Origin: Syntrophales bacterium
GTDB taxonomy: Bacteria; Desulfobacterota; Syntrophia; Syntrophales; PHBD01
Assembly: GCA_963668175.1 (NCBI GenBank)
Contig: OY764159.1
Location: 2,464,001-2,528,000 of the forward strand
Direction: 5' to 3'
Length of the DNA stretch: 64,000 nucleotides
The translations under genes and the position numbers were made by a program. The notes beneath the pieces were generated by a model. The model was given only the letters and a program-made list of their open reading frames with translations, searched no databases and was not told the origin of the DNA. This document shows positions 27,914 to 42,954 of the stretch, piece after piece (positions within the stretch are counted from its first letter, which is position 1; each line of letters starts with the position of its first letter).

Positions 27914-29098
27914 CTATTTACGGATATTCTCGATACGCTCGCTCCAGGCGGGATGGGATGCCCAGAATCCCCCGCCCTCCTGCGACGTCTGCCGTATTTT
28001 CGTCATGATGGCGATCTGTTTTTCGCTGGTCATGCCGAAGCATTTCCCGCAGGCCTCGGAGGCCGTCTTGTCGGCTTCCAGTTCCTGGGTCTTGCTGTAG
28101 TTGTTGACCACTGCCGGGTTGACGGCATGGTTCAGGAGGCCCACGCCGGGGATGAAGAAATCGGCGACGAGCATGATGCCCGACGTCACGGCGCTGACGG
28201 CGATCTTCTTGCCGACGTGTCCCAGTTTGTCGTGGGCGATCTCGTGGGCGGCGACGAAGGTCAGCGTGTCGTCGTCCCAGAGGCGCAGGGCCCCCTGCGT
28301 GAAAACGATCTGCCCCGAGAGGTTGACAGAGGCATTCGCCCGCCGGTCGCGGCTGATGCCGACGGTGTACGTCTTCGCTTCGGGCATGAGGCAGCCCGTG
28401 ACACGGCCGACGATGGCCCTGATCCGCACGATCTGCTGCGGCAGCCCTGCCGCCGCCTCCCGCAACGCTTCCGCCTCGCGGAGCAGCTCTGCCGAAGCTT
28501 CTTTTCTATAGCTCGCCGCGTAGTCGAGGGCGCCCCGGCCGGAGGAATCCCCGGGGAAGGGGTCGGCGCCCGCATCGAGGAGGAGCTTGACCAGGGCTGC
28601 GTCCCCGTAAATGGCGGCGTTGATCAGGGGCGTGACGCCTTCGCCGTTCGCCGTGTCGACGTCCGCTTTACTGCGGACCAGCGTTTCCGCGATTTCCCGG
28701 TTGTTCGCGGCAGCGGCCAGGATGAGGGGCGTGTTGCCGGCATTATCCCTCGCCCGGACGTCGGCGCCTTTCTCGACGAGGAAAAGGGCGGTCTGCGGTT
28801 TGCCGCCCGCGGCGATCATAAGCGGCGTCCGGCCTTCGCCGTCACGGGGGTCCGCGGCGGCCCCTCTTTCAACCAGGGTGCGGACGATCGAAAGCGCCTG
28901 GGCGTCGCCGCACGAGGCTGCGGCCATGTGCAGAGGCGAGGCCTTGGCATCGCCCCCGGCGGGTTCGCTCATGCCGCTGCCCGCGGCGAGCTGCCGGACG
29001 GCCTGAAGGTCGCAGTCCCTGGCGGCCTTGGTCAGCGGCGTCATCGTCGTGCAGGCCGAAAGCAGAAGGACCGGCAGGAGCGGATGCAATATCTTCAT
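27914..29098 (-). CDS. Lipoprotein with ankyrin repeats fused to an M48 zinc metallopeptidase
   Basis: Lipobox LLLSAC; repeated G-x-TPL...GADV ankyrin units; NA, AHEIAH, ELEAD, SHP...ERI. Confidence 0.85.
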   Translation of the reverse strand: MKILHPLLPVLLLSACTTMTPLTKAARDCDLQAVRQLAAGSGMSEPAGGDAKASPLHMAAASCGDAQALSIVRTLVERGAAADPRDGEGRTPLMIAAGGKPQTALFLVEKGADVRARDNAGNTPLILAAAANNREIAETLVRSKADVDTANGEGVTPLINAAIYGDAALVKLLLDAGADPFPGDSSGRGALDYAASYRKEASAELLREAEALREAAAGLPQQIVRIRAIVGRVTGCLMPEAKTYTVGISRDRRANASVNLSGQIVFTQGALRLWDDDTLTFVAAHEIAHDKLGHVGKKIAVSAVTSGIMLVADFFIPGVGLLNHAVNPAVVNNYSKTQELEADKTASEACGKCFGMTSEKQIAIMTKIRQTSQEGGGFWASHPAWSERIENIRK

Positions 29099-29261
29099 AA
29101 CGGAACACCTCTGCGGGCAGGGTGTGCGGGACGGGCCCGGCCTGGGACCGGCAGTGTGCGGGCGGCCGGGCGGACCTCAATAGGGAAAGTATAGGGAATT
29201 CGCCCGGCCCTGTCAATGAAAACGGGCGGCTGCATGAGGGCGGTCCCGTGCGCGGCGGGGA

Positions 29262-33143
<3,882 letters not shown>

Positions 33144-33466
33144 CGTTTGTTCAGGAAATAGGTGCTTTATCCGGCAAAAGACTGATGTTTCGACCCTGCC
33201 GCCGGCGAACAGGCGCCTGCTGTCGCCCTATGTGTGCGCCAACGTTCATCTTTTTATTTCGCAAGGGCGCTTAAGGGCCTTCGCTGGATTGTATACCAAT
33301 TATCGTGCCAGGCGCTGCGCCGGGGAGGACGGCGGCTATATCCGCTGCATTGTCGCGCACTAATATCGATAGAGCGGCGTCGTCCGGGAGGAACGGTGTG
33401 AGGGGCGGCGGTCTTTTCCGTCCGGTCCGCCGGAATCTGTCCGAAAAGTCGGATCATGCCGGGCGG

Positions 33467-36400
33467 TTAGTGCCGGTCCAGGACCTCCCTCACCTTGTCG
33501 GCGAGCACTTTCATCGAGAAGGGCTTCGGGAGAAAACCGGCGTCCTCGGTCAGCGCCCCGTACTGGGCGATGACGTCGTCCGCATAGCCCGACATGAAGA
33601 GATGCTTCAGCTCCGGATAGATGTCGTGGAGTCTTTCCGCCAATTCCCGGCCGTTCATCTCGGGCATGACCACGTCGGTCATGAGCAGGTGAATCTTCCC
33701 GGCATGTTCCCCGGCCAGGCGAATCGCCTCGCCGGGCGTGCCGGCGGTCAGGACCCGGTATCCCTGCTTTTCCAGCATGCGTTTGCTGAGCTGCAGGATG
33801 GCCGGTTCGTCCTCCACGACGAGGACCGTTTCCCTGCCGGACGCCTCGCGCACCTGTGGCGCCGCGACGAACACCGGTTCCGCCTCGGCCGTGTGCCGGC
33901 GCAGGTAGACCCGGACGGTCGTTCCCCGGCCGAGTTCGCTTCCAACTTCCACGAATCCGTCGTTCTGCTTGACGATGCCGTAGACCGTCGCGAGACCCAG
34001 GCCCGTGCCCTTGCCCGTCTCCTTGGTCGTGAAGAACGGCTCGAAGAGCTTCCGGAGGACCTGCTTGCTCATGCCGCAACCGTTGTCGGAGACGGAGAGC
34101 ATGACGTAATGGTCGGGCCGGCAGCCGGGGCGGCCGTTGCAGTAAGTCTCGTCCAGATGGATGTTGACCGTCTCGATGGCGATGCGGCCGACGCCGGAAA
34201 TCGCGTCGCGGGAATTGACGCAGAGGTTGGCGAGGATCTGGTCGACCTGGGAGGGGTCGATCTTCACCGGCCAGAGGTCGCCTCCGGGCAGCCAGGCCAG
34301 TTCGATATCCTCGCCGATGAGCCTTTTAAGCATCTTGAGCAGGCCGGACACGGTTTCGTTGATGTCGAGCACCTTCGGGGAGACGGTCTGTTTGCGGGCG
34401 AAGGCCAGGAGCTGGCGCGTGAGGTCGGTGGACCGCAGGGCGGCCTTCCGGATCTCGGCCAGATCGGCGATAAGCATCTGCTCCGGCTCGGCCTCTTCCA
34501 TGGCCATCTCCACGTGGCCGAGGATGACGCCCAGCATGTTGTTGAAGTCGTGGGCGACGCCGCCCGCCAGGCGGCCGATCGATTCCATCTTCTGGGCCTG
34601 GATGAGCTGCTCCCGGAGGTTTTCCTGCTCCTCCTCCGCCCGTTTTCGCTCGGTGATGTCCGACTGCGTGCCCACAAGCCTCACGGGATTACCGCCGTCG
34701 TCCCATTCGATGGCCTTGCCGCGGGAGAGGATCCAGCACCATTTCCCCGCCTTGGTCCGCATCCGGATATCGATGGCGTAACCTTCGTTCCTGGCGAGAC
34801 GCTCCTTGATCTCCCGTTCCGCCCGTTTCAGGTCTTCCGGATGGGCGAGATCTTTCCACGAGTCGTAGTGCTGGCGGAATTCGTAAGGATCGTATCCGAG
34901 CATGGTATAGCACTTCGGACTGAAAACCGCCCGGCCCGTGGAGAGGTCCATGTCCCAGACGCCGTCGTTGACGGCCTCCAGCGTCCGCTGCAGCCTCTCC
35001 TTGCTGCCGCGGAGCGCTTCCTCTACCCGTCGTCTTTCGGTGACGTCCTCGAAGGTGGCGACGATGCGTCTCGACTCGCCAAGCTCCTGCCCGATCCGGG
35101 AAACGCTCATCCGGCAGAATATCTCCCGGCCGTCCTTGCGCACGAACGGTATATCCGATTCGAAGACGAAGACCGACTGCATGGTCAGGGTGGAATAGAG
35201 CGTGTCTCCGTATTCCTCCCATTCCTCGTCGCTCCTGAAGATCACCCGGGTGCTCTTGCCGACCAGTTCGTCGGGATGCCAACCGAAAACGTCCTCCATG
35301 GCGTCGTTGGCGAAGAAGATGCGCCGACGTTCGACGCCGAAGAGTGCGAGGGGGACGGAGAGCAGGATCGACTTTTCCAGCTCCCGGCTTTCCCGGAGGG
35401 CGTCTTCCGCCTGCCGGTGGGCGGTAATGTCCATTGAATTTCCCAGGATGGCCGGACGGCCCCGGAACTGGATTCCCGTAACCGTCTCCATGATCCAGCG
35501 TATATGGCCCGTTTTCGTGACGATCCTGAACTCGTAGGGCAGCGTATTCTCGCCATTGAGCATTGATCGCGCCCGCTGCCTGATCCAGGTCCGGTCCCCG
35601 GGATGGACGATGAAATCCGACCGCCGTCCCGTAAGCTCGTCCGGCCGGTATCCGGCGTAGGACGCGGCGTTGTCGTTCAGGAAGACGAAGTAGCCGTTCT
35701 GGACGACGTAGACGCCGGCGAGGGATTTCTCGACCAGGGTCTTGTAGCGCTCTTCGCTTTCCCGGAGGGCGTCCTCGGCGCGCCGGCGGGCGGTGACGTC
35801 ACGGACGATGGCCCACATGCTGGCGGGTTTGCCGGCACTGTCCCTGACGAGCATGACCTGGAGTTCCACGGGAAAGACGGTGCCGTCCTTCCGCCGGTAC
35901 TCCTTCTCGTAGATGTCCGAATAACCGCGGGCGAGGATCTGGTCGGAAACGATGGCGGCCTCGAAGGTATGCCATTTCTCCGGGGTGAAATCCCTGTAGG
36001 TGAGGGATTTGATCTCGTAAGGCGTGTAGCCCAGCAGGGCAAGGAAGGACTCGTTGCAGTCGATGATAAAGCCGTCCATGTCCGCGCTGACGACGGCATC
36101 CACCATGCTGCGGTGCAGGCTGCGGTATTTGACTTCCGACGCGCGGACGGCCTCTTCCATCATCTTGCGCTCGGTAATGTCCGTGCAGATGCCGATCATC
36201 CGCGCCGGACTGCCGTTTCCGTCGTACCGGTTCTCGCCCCTGGCGTTGATCCAGCGGACGGACCCGTCGGCGCGGATCACCCGGTAGTCGGAGTCGAGGG
36301 CCGTGCGGTTGCGCAGGGCGTCGTCGATACGGCGGCAGGCGATATCGGTGTCGTCGGGATGGAGGACGCGCTTCCACGTCTCGATGGATGCCTCCGTTTG

Positions 36401-36712
36401 CGAAGGGTCCATGCCGAAAAGCTCGAACAACTGGTCCGACCATTCCATCCGGTTGCAGGCGATGTCCCAGTCCCAGGTGCCGACCCTGGCCGCACGCTGC
36501 GCCATCTCCAGCCGTTCATTGGCGCGGCGAAGTCTTTCCCCGGTACGTTTCTGCTCATCGAGCGCCTGTTCCAACTCCAGGACCTTGCGATGCATTCCTT
36601 CGCTCTCTTCCGGCATCTCCCTAATCGCTCCAGCCTGTCCGTACATGCCCGTCCTTTCGTCCGGTCCGCACCGCCGTCGGGTAATCTTCGGGACATCGTG
36701 GATGGTATCCAT
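33467..36712 (-). CDS. Multi-PAS (about 5) hybrid histidine kinase (start uncertain, possibly 36646)
   Basis: PAS_3 motifs (GTWDWD, LHPDD, HPEDL); [27 protein letters not shown]. Confidence 0.93.
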   Translation of the reverse strand: MDTIHDVPKITRRRCGPDERTGMYGQAGAIREMPEESEGMHRKVLELEQALDEQKRTGERLRRANERLEMAQRAARVGTWDWDIACNRMEWSDQLFELFGMDPSQTEASIETWKRVLHPDDTDIACRRIDDALRNRTALDSDYRVIRADGSVRWINARGENRYDGNGSPARMIGICTDITERKMMEEAVRASEVKYRSLHRSMVDAVVSADMDGFIIDCNESFLALLGYTPYEIKSLTYRDFTPEKWHTFEAAIVSDQILARGYSDIYEKEYRRKDGTVFPVELQVMLVRDSAGKPASMWAIVRDVTARRRAEDALRESEERYKTLVEKSLAGVYVVQNGYFVFLNDNAASYAGYRPDELTGRRSDFIVHPGDRTWIRQRARSMLNGENTLPYEFRIVTKTGHIRWIMETVTGIQFRGRPAILGNSMDITAHRQAEDALRESRELEKSILLSVPLALFGVERRRIFFANDAMEDVFGWHPDELVGKSTRVIFRSDEEWEEYGDTLYSTLTMQSVFVFESDIPFVRKDGREIFCRMSVSRIGQELGESRRIVATFEDVTERRRVEEALRGSKERLQRTLEAVNDGVWDMDLSTGRAVFSPKCYTMLGYDPYEFRQHYDSWKDLAHPEDLKRAEREIKERLARNEGYAIDIRMRTKAGKWCWILSRGKAIEWDDGGNPVRLVGTQSDITERKRAEEEQENLREQLIQAQKMESIGRLAGGVAHDFNNMLGVILGHVEMAMEEAEPEQMLIADLAEIRKAALRSTDLTRQLLAFARKQTVSPKVLDINETVSGLLKMLKRLIGEDIELAWLPGGDLWPVKIDPSQVDQILANLCVNSRDAISGVGRIAIETVNIHLDETYCNGRPGCRPDHYVMLSVSDNGCGMSKQVLRKLFEPFFTTKETGKGTGLGLATVYGIVKQNDGFVEVGSELGRGTTVRVYLRRHTAEAEPVFVAAPQVREASGRETVLVVEDEPAILQLSKRMLEKQGYRVLTAGTPGEAIRLAGEHAGKIHLLMTDVVMPEMNGRELAERLHDIYPELKHLFMSGYADDVIAQYGALTEDAGFLPKPFSMKVLADKVREVLDRH

Positions 36713-36783
36713 GACGCCCCGATAAATTAACGGACGGGTACGGTTATGTCAATCGGCAACTTTTTGGATTTTAATATGGGGGT

Positions 36784-36915
36784 GGAGAGGCGGGGACTTT
36801 CATACCTGAGGGAGGGGGAGTATGACCGCCCCTTTGCCTCTCCGGCGTTTTTTATGATGGCGGGACGCCGTTCAAACTTTTTTGACGTCTCCGGCTGCTC
36901 TGGGAGCTGGCAGCG
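36784..36915 (-). ncRNA. Candidate sigma54-dependent small RNA or structured leader with a C-rich loop
   Basis: Sigma54 site at 36927-36942; long hairpin 36784-36843 with loop UCCCCCUCCCUCAG; no convincing ORF. Confidence 0.35.
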
Positions 36916-36926
36916 TTAATGAGTCA

Positions 36927-36942
36927 TGCACGATCGGTGCCA
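36927..36942 (-). promoter_or_regulatory. Sigma54 promoter
   Basis: TGGCACCGATCGTGCA on the minus strand, exact GG-N10-GC. Confidence 0.65.
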
Positions 36943-37101
36943 GAAGACGTCTATGGGCCGTCAAAATATTAATTAATGATAACGGCATGATATGTTCGTG
37001 GGAGGGAAGGGTTGCTGAAGATGGGGTTCGTATATCGGCGGATCTGTCTTCCGGGAAAGGACACTGTCCGGTCCGGCTGGACGAAAGGTGCTTTACAGCC
37101 G

Positions 37102-37833
37102 TCACGGCTTATTTTCGAAAATGTCCGGATAGAGGTCTTTCGCACATTCCGGGCATATGCCGTGGGTGAATCTGGCTTCCGTGCGGTCGCTCAAATACTT
37201 TTCCACCTGGTTCCAGTAGCCCTTGTCGTCGCGTATTTTCTTGCATCTGGCGCAGATGGGGAGAATGCCCCGCAGGGTCTTGACCTCTTCGAGGGCCTGT
37301 TCCAGGCGCTTTCTTTCCCCCTCGAGCGCCGCTTCGGTCTTCTTTCTTCTGGCGATTTCCGCTTCCAGTTCGGCGGTCCTGATTCTGACCCGCGCTTCCA
37401 GGGTCCGGTGGGCCTCGCGGAGTTCATCTTCCGCCCGGCGGCGCGCCTTCTGCACCTCCGTTTCCTCCATGACCCTGCGGACGGCGGGCGCGAGCCGCTT
37501 GTGGAGGAGGGTCTTGAGGACGTAGTCCTTGGCGCCCTGGGTGAAGACGTCGATGGCCGTCTCTTCCTTCAGGGCACCGGTGACAAGAATGAACGGCGTA
37601 TCGGGGAGGCGTTTCTTCGATTCGGCCAGGGCCTTGGCGCCGTTGTAGGCGGGCAGGTCGTAATCGGACAGGATCAGATCGGGGGCGCATTCGTGAAGCC
37701 CCCGGATGAAGTCATGCTCTGTCTTGACGACCTTGGCCCTGAAGGCGATTCCGGCTTCCTCGAGTTCGAACTGGATCAGTTCGGCGTCGACGGGATTGTC
37801 TTCCAGGATGAGAATATTCAACGGCTGCTCCAC
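37102..37833 (-). CDS. Response regulator: REC, coiled coil and Cys-rich C-terminal domain
   Basis: ILILEDN, DLILSDY, GAKDYVLK; tail LRGILPICARCKKIRDDKGYW...FTHGICPEC; GTG start with SD GAGGA. Confidence 0.9.
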   Translation of the reverse strand: MEQPLNILILEDNPVDAELIQFELEEAGIAFRAKVVKTEHDFIRGLHECAPDLILSDYDLPAYNGAKALAESKKRLPDTPFILVTGALKEETAIDVFTQGAKDYVLKTLLHKRLAPAVRRVMEETEVQKARRRAEDELREAHRTLEARVRIRTAELEAEIARRKKTEAALEGERKRLEQALEEVKTLRGILPICARCKKIRDDKGYWNQVEKYLSDRTEARFTHGICPECAKDLYPDIFENKP

Positions 37834-38112
37834 GGCGCGGTTTCCTCGCAAGGTAGTGCCGGTTATAAGCCACAACCCACCGTCACCGTCCCCCCCGCGG
37901 CGTAACGACGGCCATACATCCATGTAACGCGCATAGTTCATGCGCGACACGCTCCGGTTTTATTCTAGCCGTGCACCCTTAAAAAACAAGGAGAGTTTTT
38001 AGTAGGCCGAATCGGAGGAGAAGACCCTCATGCCGCCACGGGCGCTGGCGGCCGGGAGAAGGCGTCCGTCCCTTCCGTGCGGCGGCGGGCCTGGAAAGGC
38101 CGGCGCGGTTCA

Positions 38113-40842
38113 TCAGAACGGAAGGGAGAAGTAGAAAGTCGCCCCTTCGTTTTCCTTCCCCTCGCCCCATACGCGGCCTCCGTGGCGGGTGACGATCTGC
38201 CTGACGATGGCGAGCCCCACACCCGTGCCTTCGTATGCGCTGTCGTCGTGGAGGCGCTGGAAGACGCCGAAGAGTTTGTCGTGATAGGCCATATCGAAGC
38301 CGATGCCGTGGTCCTTCACGTAATAGACGGTTTCCGCGCCCTCGGCCCTGCCGCCGACTTCGACGGTGATCGTATAGCGGCCGGCGGAAAACTTGACGGC
38401 GTTGGACAGGAGGTTGACCCAGACCTGCCTGACGAGCGTCCGGTCGCCATGGGCCGGAGGCAGGCTTCCGTTGACGAGCGTCATGCGGAGTTCCGGATTC
38501 TGGAGACATTGTTCCTGCCATACTTCGGCGACGAGTTCCTCCATGTCGAGGGACGTCCGGGATATGGCCTGGCGGCCCGATCGGGAGAAGTCGAGGAGGT
38601 CGTCGATGAGCCGCCCCATCTTCCGGGCATTGTCCCGGATCACTTGGAACCTCCGGCCGGCTTCCGCGTCGAAAAGGTGCCCGTGGCTGTTGAGAAGCAT
38701 GCGGGAGAAGCCGTCGATGGCCCTGAGCGGCGCCCGCAGATCGTGGGAGATGGAATAGCTGAAGCTTTCCAACTCCCGGTTTGCCGCCTCCAGCTGCTCC
38801 GACCGCTCCTTCAGGGCCTTCTCCATCTGCATGCGCTCCGTGACGTCGCGGCCGTAGAGGTTGGCGTAATTTTCATCCGGGAAAGGCGTGATCCATACCG
38901 AGTAGCAGCGCCCTTCCATTTCCACGTCTTCCTGGACGATTTCCCCCCCGGTCATCGCCCGCCGGAAAAGGGGGCGCAGCGGGGCGGGGAGCGGGCTTCC
39001 GGGAGCGCACGCCCATCCCGGCTCCCTGATCGAGGACGGATTACAGTAGAGGACGGTTTCGTCGGCCGATGCGCGCATCACGGGGTGGGGGTTCTCTTCC
39101 GGAAAACGCGCCAGCCACTCGGCCCGGTCGCGGGCCGTCCGCAGGGCCGCCTCCGCCAGCGCGCGCTGGGTGCCTGCGCCGAGGACCGCGGCGATCTTCT
39201 CCAGCGTTGCGACCATATCCGAAGGGACCATGTTTTTCCGGCGGTCGGCAAGGTGGACGAGTCCGAGGATGCCCTTTTCCGTACGGATCGGGATCAACGC
39301 GATCGATTCGTAGCCTGTCCGGGGGCAGACGTCCCGCGTGGGCCCCTTCTTCTCCTCCGGTATAGCGGCGAGGACGCGGCGGGCCTCGTTCAGGTAGAAG
39401 GAGCCGCCTTCCGTATAGAAGGGCATTGCCGGGTCCGTCGTTCCGTTCATGACGTTGATGCACATGCACTGGTCCGTCTTAAGCGACAGCATGTTTTCCT
39501 GCGCGAGGAATTCGGTGCTGAATCCCAGGCAGGCCTGGTACGGGATCTGATCCTGTTCGTCCCGGATGCGTATGCCGATGGCCTCGCATCCGGTGATTTT
39601 CTTCATTTCGGCGGCGAATTCGTCGAGCATGCCTCTCATGTCCGTGTGCCGGTTCGCGATTTCCAGAAAGCGCCGGGTCGTGGCCAGTTCGTAATCCGCC
39701 TGCCTCTGTTCCGTGACGTCCAGGGCGAAACCGACCGTTCCCGCGATGTCCCCCTTGTCGTTCAGGTACGGTATCTTGTCCATCAGCACCCATTTTCGGC
39801 CGCCGGGGGTTTCGAGGGGCTTCACCATGCCTTGTTTAGGGGTGCCCGTGTCGATGACCTCCCGGTCGTCTTCCCAGAAGTCGCGCGACTGGAGGGGGAA
39901 TATTTCCCAGGATGTCCGGCCCTCGACGTCGTTCTTCGGCCGGCCGGTCGTTTCCGCGAAAGCCCGGTTGACGCGGATGAACCGGTTCTCCTGATCCTTG
40001 TAAAAGATCATGGTGGGCGAAGCGTCGATGATGGTTTCAAGCTCTTCGCGCTGTCTCTTGAGATCGTAGAAGAGGAGGCGGTAAGGATTCTCCAGCCCCG
40101 TGACGATGATCGCCCGGTAGATGAAATAGAAGGCGAATATCTTGAGAAAATGCCCAATGAGGTTCCAGCGGCCGTAGACATCGATATAGAAGGTGAAGGC
40201 CATCTCCGAAGCGATGCTGAAAGCGATCGACACGGCGACGAAACCGAGAATCTGCCGGTCGAACTTTTCTCGGCGGATCCAGAGGACCGCAAGCGAGGCA
40301 ATCAATATCCCGCAGATGATATATTCGCTCGCGACCTTGAAGGGGGTGAGTCCCCAGCCTTCGACATAACAATCGGGAAACATCGTACCGGAAAAGATGG
40401 CCGCGAGAAGCAGGACGGTCGCCGTCGCGTAGACGGCAAAGACGGCATCGGGGCGCGGCTTCCGGTCGATCAGCCACGCCGCTCCCAGGAAGGAGAGGGC
40501 CTCCATGTACCGGGCGCCGATCCACAATTGCGTTGGCAGGTTGGCGTCGTATCCGGAGAAAATGCCGATGCCCTTGTAGCTCACGGTGTGGACGAAGTCG
40601 ACGATGCCGATGAAGAGGAAGGCGATGCCGATGAGGAGCACGTAGGTGTTTGCCCCGAGGCGCCGCGTGTTCCAGGCGATGACGAAAAGGGAGAGGGCGA
40701 TGACGATGGAAAAACTCTCGGCGACGGTGTGGAACAGAAGAAAGCTGTGGAGGCTCGTGACGTAGAGTCCCAGGCACAAGAATGGCCAGACCAACAGGTT
40801 TAAGGCGTTCCTGGAGATAAAGGACCGAAGTTGCATTGCCAT
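38113..40842 (-). CDS. Membrane sensor kinase: MASE3-PAS-GAF-PAS-HisKA-HATPase
   Basis: MASE3 motifs FLLFHTVAESFSIVIA, DFVHTVSYKG, NLPTQLWIGARY; LESFSYSISHDLRAPL; FQRLH..GTGVGL. Confidence 0.92.
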   Translation of the reverse strand: MAMQLRSFISRNALNLLVWPFLCLGLYVTSLHSFLLFHTVAESFSIVIALSLFVIAWNTRRLGANTYVLLIGIAFLFIGIVDFVHTVSYKGIGIFSGYDANLPTQLWIGARYMEALSFLGAAWLIDRKPRPDAVFAVYATATVLLLAAIFSGTMFPDCYVEGWGLTPFKVASEYIICGILIASLAVLWIRREKFDRQILGFVAVSIAFSIASEMAFTFYIDVYGRWNLIGHFLKIFAFYFIYRAIIVTGLENPYRLLFYDLKRQREELETIIDASPTMIFYKDQENRFIRVNRAFAETTGRPKNDVEGRTSWEIFPLQSRDFWEDDREVIDTGTPKQGMVKPLETPGGRKWVLMDKIPYLNDKGDIAGTVGFALDVTEQRQADYELATTRRFLEIANRHTDMRGMLDEFAAEMKKITGCEAIGIRIRDEQDQIPYQACLGFSTEFLAQENMLSLKTDQCMCINVMNGTTDPAMPFYTEGGSFYLNEARRVLAAIPEEKKGPTRDVCPRTGYESIALIPIRTEKGILGLVHLADRRKNMVPSDMVATLEKIAAVLGAGTQRALAEAALRTARDRAEWLARFPEENPHPVMRASADETVLYCNPSSIREPGWACAPGSPLPAPLRPLFRRAMTGGEIVQEDVEMEGRCYSVWITPFPDENYANLYGRDVTERMQMEKALKERSEQLEAANRELESFSYSISHDLRAPLRAIDGFSRMLLNSHGHLFDAEAGRRFQVIRDNARKMGRLIDDLLDFSRSGRQAISRTSLDMEELVAEVWQEQCLQNPELRMTLVNGSLPPAHGDRTLVRQVWVNLLSNAVKFSAGRYTITVEVGGRAEGAETVYYVKDHGIGFDMAYHDKLFGVFQRLHDDSAYEGTGVGLAIVRQIVTRHGGRVWGEGKENEGATFYFSLPF

Positions 40843-41139
40843 ACTGTTTAAAGGAAAAGGATTAAATCATGGAGCATTCCGGACCATGCCCGCGATGTCT
40901 CCCTCAATGGCAAAATAGGAAATATTCGCCCCGTTGTCAACCGTAAAGGCTGACTTTCCGATTCATTTGTTATATCGGATGCATGGCGACGGCGGCGGCA
41001 TTTTGCACGGACGGGTCCCGGCCGCGGCCGATCCTTTTCAACGGCGCGGCGAATGACTATATTAAGATCGACAATGATTCCGGTCATCCGCCCGTTCTTG
41101 TCGGAAGGGCGGAACCGGGAGGGAAAGGAGGCAACCGAT

Positions 41140-41247
41140 ATGAAATCGGCCAATGATATGAAAGGGAAGCGGGCGGGTGTCCGCGCGCCGGTGAGAACTG
41201 CCGGGGCGGACCGCTGCCAGCATGTATTCGAGTATTACGGTCCGTAA
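41140..41247 (+). CDS. Candidate small protein (35 aa)
   Basis: SD AAGGAGG 8 nt before ATG; stops just before a terminator hairpin. Confidence 0.35.
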   Translation: MKSANDMKGKRAGVRAPVRTAGADRCQHVFEYYGP

Positions 41248-41275
41248 CCCCGTACGCCCAATGCGTCTTGCGGGA

Positions 41276-41315
41276 AAAGAAAACGGAGACGGCCAACTGT
41301 CCGTCTCCGTTCTTT
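41276..41315. terminator. Bidirectional intrinsic terminator
   Basis: AACGGAGACGG-loop-CCGTCTCCGTT flanked by A-rich and T-rich tracts. Confidence 0.8.
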
Positions 41316-41333
41316 GCATTGCATCGACGCTTT

Positions 41334-42833
41334 TTACGCCTCCGCGTGGGACAGCGGCTTTTCCTCGTACCGGTAACCCTGGTCGGTAAGGGTCTCGCAG
41401 GCCGCGACCCCGGTGATCAGGCCGTTCAAATCGGCGACAAAATCCCTCAACTGCAGCGCCTGGGCATTCATTTCCTCCGAGGCGCTGGCGGATTCCTCCG
41501 CGTTGGCGGCCGTCGCCTGCGTCACCTTGTCCATTTCGGCGACGGCCTTGTTGATCTGACCGATGCCCTGGGCCTGCTCCCCGGACGCTGCCGCGATCTC
41601 TTCGATCAGGCCGGCGATCTTGCCCGATATGGCGACGTTCTCCTTGAAGGTTTCCTGGGTGATTCTTGTCGCATCGTGCCCGGTCTTCACATTCTTAATC
41701 GTGTTTTCGATCAGGCTGCTCGTGTTCTTCGCCGCTTCGGCCGCCCTCATGGCGAGGTTTCTGACCTCGTCGGCGACCACGGCGAATCCCGCACCCGCTT
41801 CACCCGCGCGGGCCGCCTCCACGGCGGCGTTCAGGGCCAGCAGATTGGTCTGAAAGGCGATTTCGTCGATCGTCTTGATAATCTTGCCGGTTTCCTCGCT
41901 CGCCTTCATCACCACCTCCATGGCCGCTTCCATGTTGTCCATATGCACCGTCACGGTATCGACGATCTTCTTGGCCTCCGCCATCATGTCCTGGGCCATC
42001 TTGGCGTTGTCGGCGTTCTGCTTCGTCATGGAGGAGAGCTCTTCCATCGACGAGGATGTTTCTTCCAGGGAGGCCGCCTGCTTGGATGTCCCCTCCGCGA
42101 GGGACTGGCTGGCCGTGGAGACCTGGCTCGACGCGGCCGCGATCTGGGCGGCGCCGTCGCACAATCCGGAAACCACGCGGTTGATCGGTTTCGTCACGGA
42201 GCGGGTGATGAGGAAACCGAGGGCAAGCGCGGCAATGGTGGCAAAAACCGTGAGGCCGATGGTGACGGCCACCGTCCAGTTGGCCGTCGCCGTGTTGCCG
42301 TCCGCTTTCGCCTTGGCCTGGGTGATCTTGATCTCGGTAAGCTTGGCGATCGCGCCGTCGATCTGCGCGGCTATGGCCAGGGCCTCGCCGCGCATCAGGG
42401 CCATGACCTCCTCCGTCTTTCCTTCCTTGGACAAGGCGACGATCCTGTCCCTGACCGGATGGAATTTCTTGAGGCCGGCCGCAAGGGATGCATAGACATT
42501 CCGCACCTCGTCCGATTTGATCGACTTCTCGAAATCGGCAAGCTTGGCATCGATTTCATGGTCGAGTTCCGCAAGCCGCTTGAGATAATCGCCGGGGTCC
42601 TTGCGCATATACCCGTTGAGGACGACGTCGCGCAGGTTGACCCGCGTCCGCTGGTAGAGGGTGGAAACGGCGGCGATATCGCCCAGGGGCTGCGTGTTGA
42701 CCTCGTAGAGTTCCATGTCCAGACGGTCTATCTTCTTGATGTTCACGATGCCGAAGAGACCTATGCAGGCGGCTATAAGGGCAATGATGATGAACCCCCC
42801 CAGCATCTTCTTTGCTAGACTCATGCTTTTCAT
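41334..42833 (-). CDS. Methyl-accepting chemotaxis protein, four-helix-bundle sensor
   Basis: Two TM helices; helical periplasmic domain; [37 protein letters not shown]. Confidence 0.95.
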   Translation of the reverse strand: MKSMSLAKKMLGGFIIIALIAACIGLFGIVNIKKIDRLDMELYEVNTQPLGDIAAVSTLYQRTRVNLRDVVLNGYMRKDPGDYLKRLAELDHEIDAKLADFEKSIKSDEVRNVYASLAAGLKKFHPVRDRIVALSKEGKTEEVMALMRGEALAIAAQIDGAIAKLTEIKITQAKAKADGNTATANWTVAVTIGLTVFATIAALALGFLITRSVTKPINRVVSGLCDGAAQIAAASSQVSTASQSLAEGTSKQAASLEETSSSMEELSSMTKQNADNAKMAQDMMAEAKKIVDTVTVHMDNMEAAMEVVMKASEETGKIIKTIDEIAFQTNLLALNAAVEAARAGEAGAGFAVVADEVRNLAMRAAEAAKNTSSLIENTIKNVKTGHDATRITQETFKENVAISGKIAGLIEEIAAASGEQAQGIGQINKAVAEMDKVTQATAANAEESASASEEMNAQALQLRDFVADLNGLITGVAACETLTDQGYRYEEKPLSHAEA

Positions 42834-42938
42834 AATCAATCTTCTCTCCTGTTCTCGGTAAAAGTTGGAAAACGTTCAGCAGCGCGTTACCGCTGCACAG
42901 GTGGCGCTTCGCGCAAGACCGGACCTGATAACCAAAAT

Positions 42939-42954
42939 CGCACACTCTGTGCCA
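42939..42954 (-). promoter_or_regulatory. Sigma54 promoter of the MCP gene
   Basis: TGGCACAGAGTGTGCG on the minus strand, GG-N10-GC. Confidence 0.65.

Noticed and set aside
33295..33310. Sigma54-like TGGCACGATAATTGGT upstream of the 1293-aa kinase
   Set aside because: The -12 element is GG rather than GC; possible but not supportable
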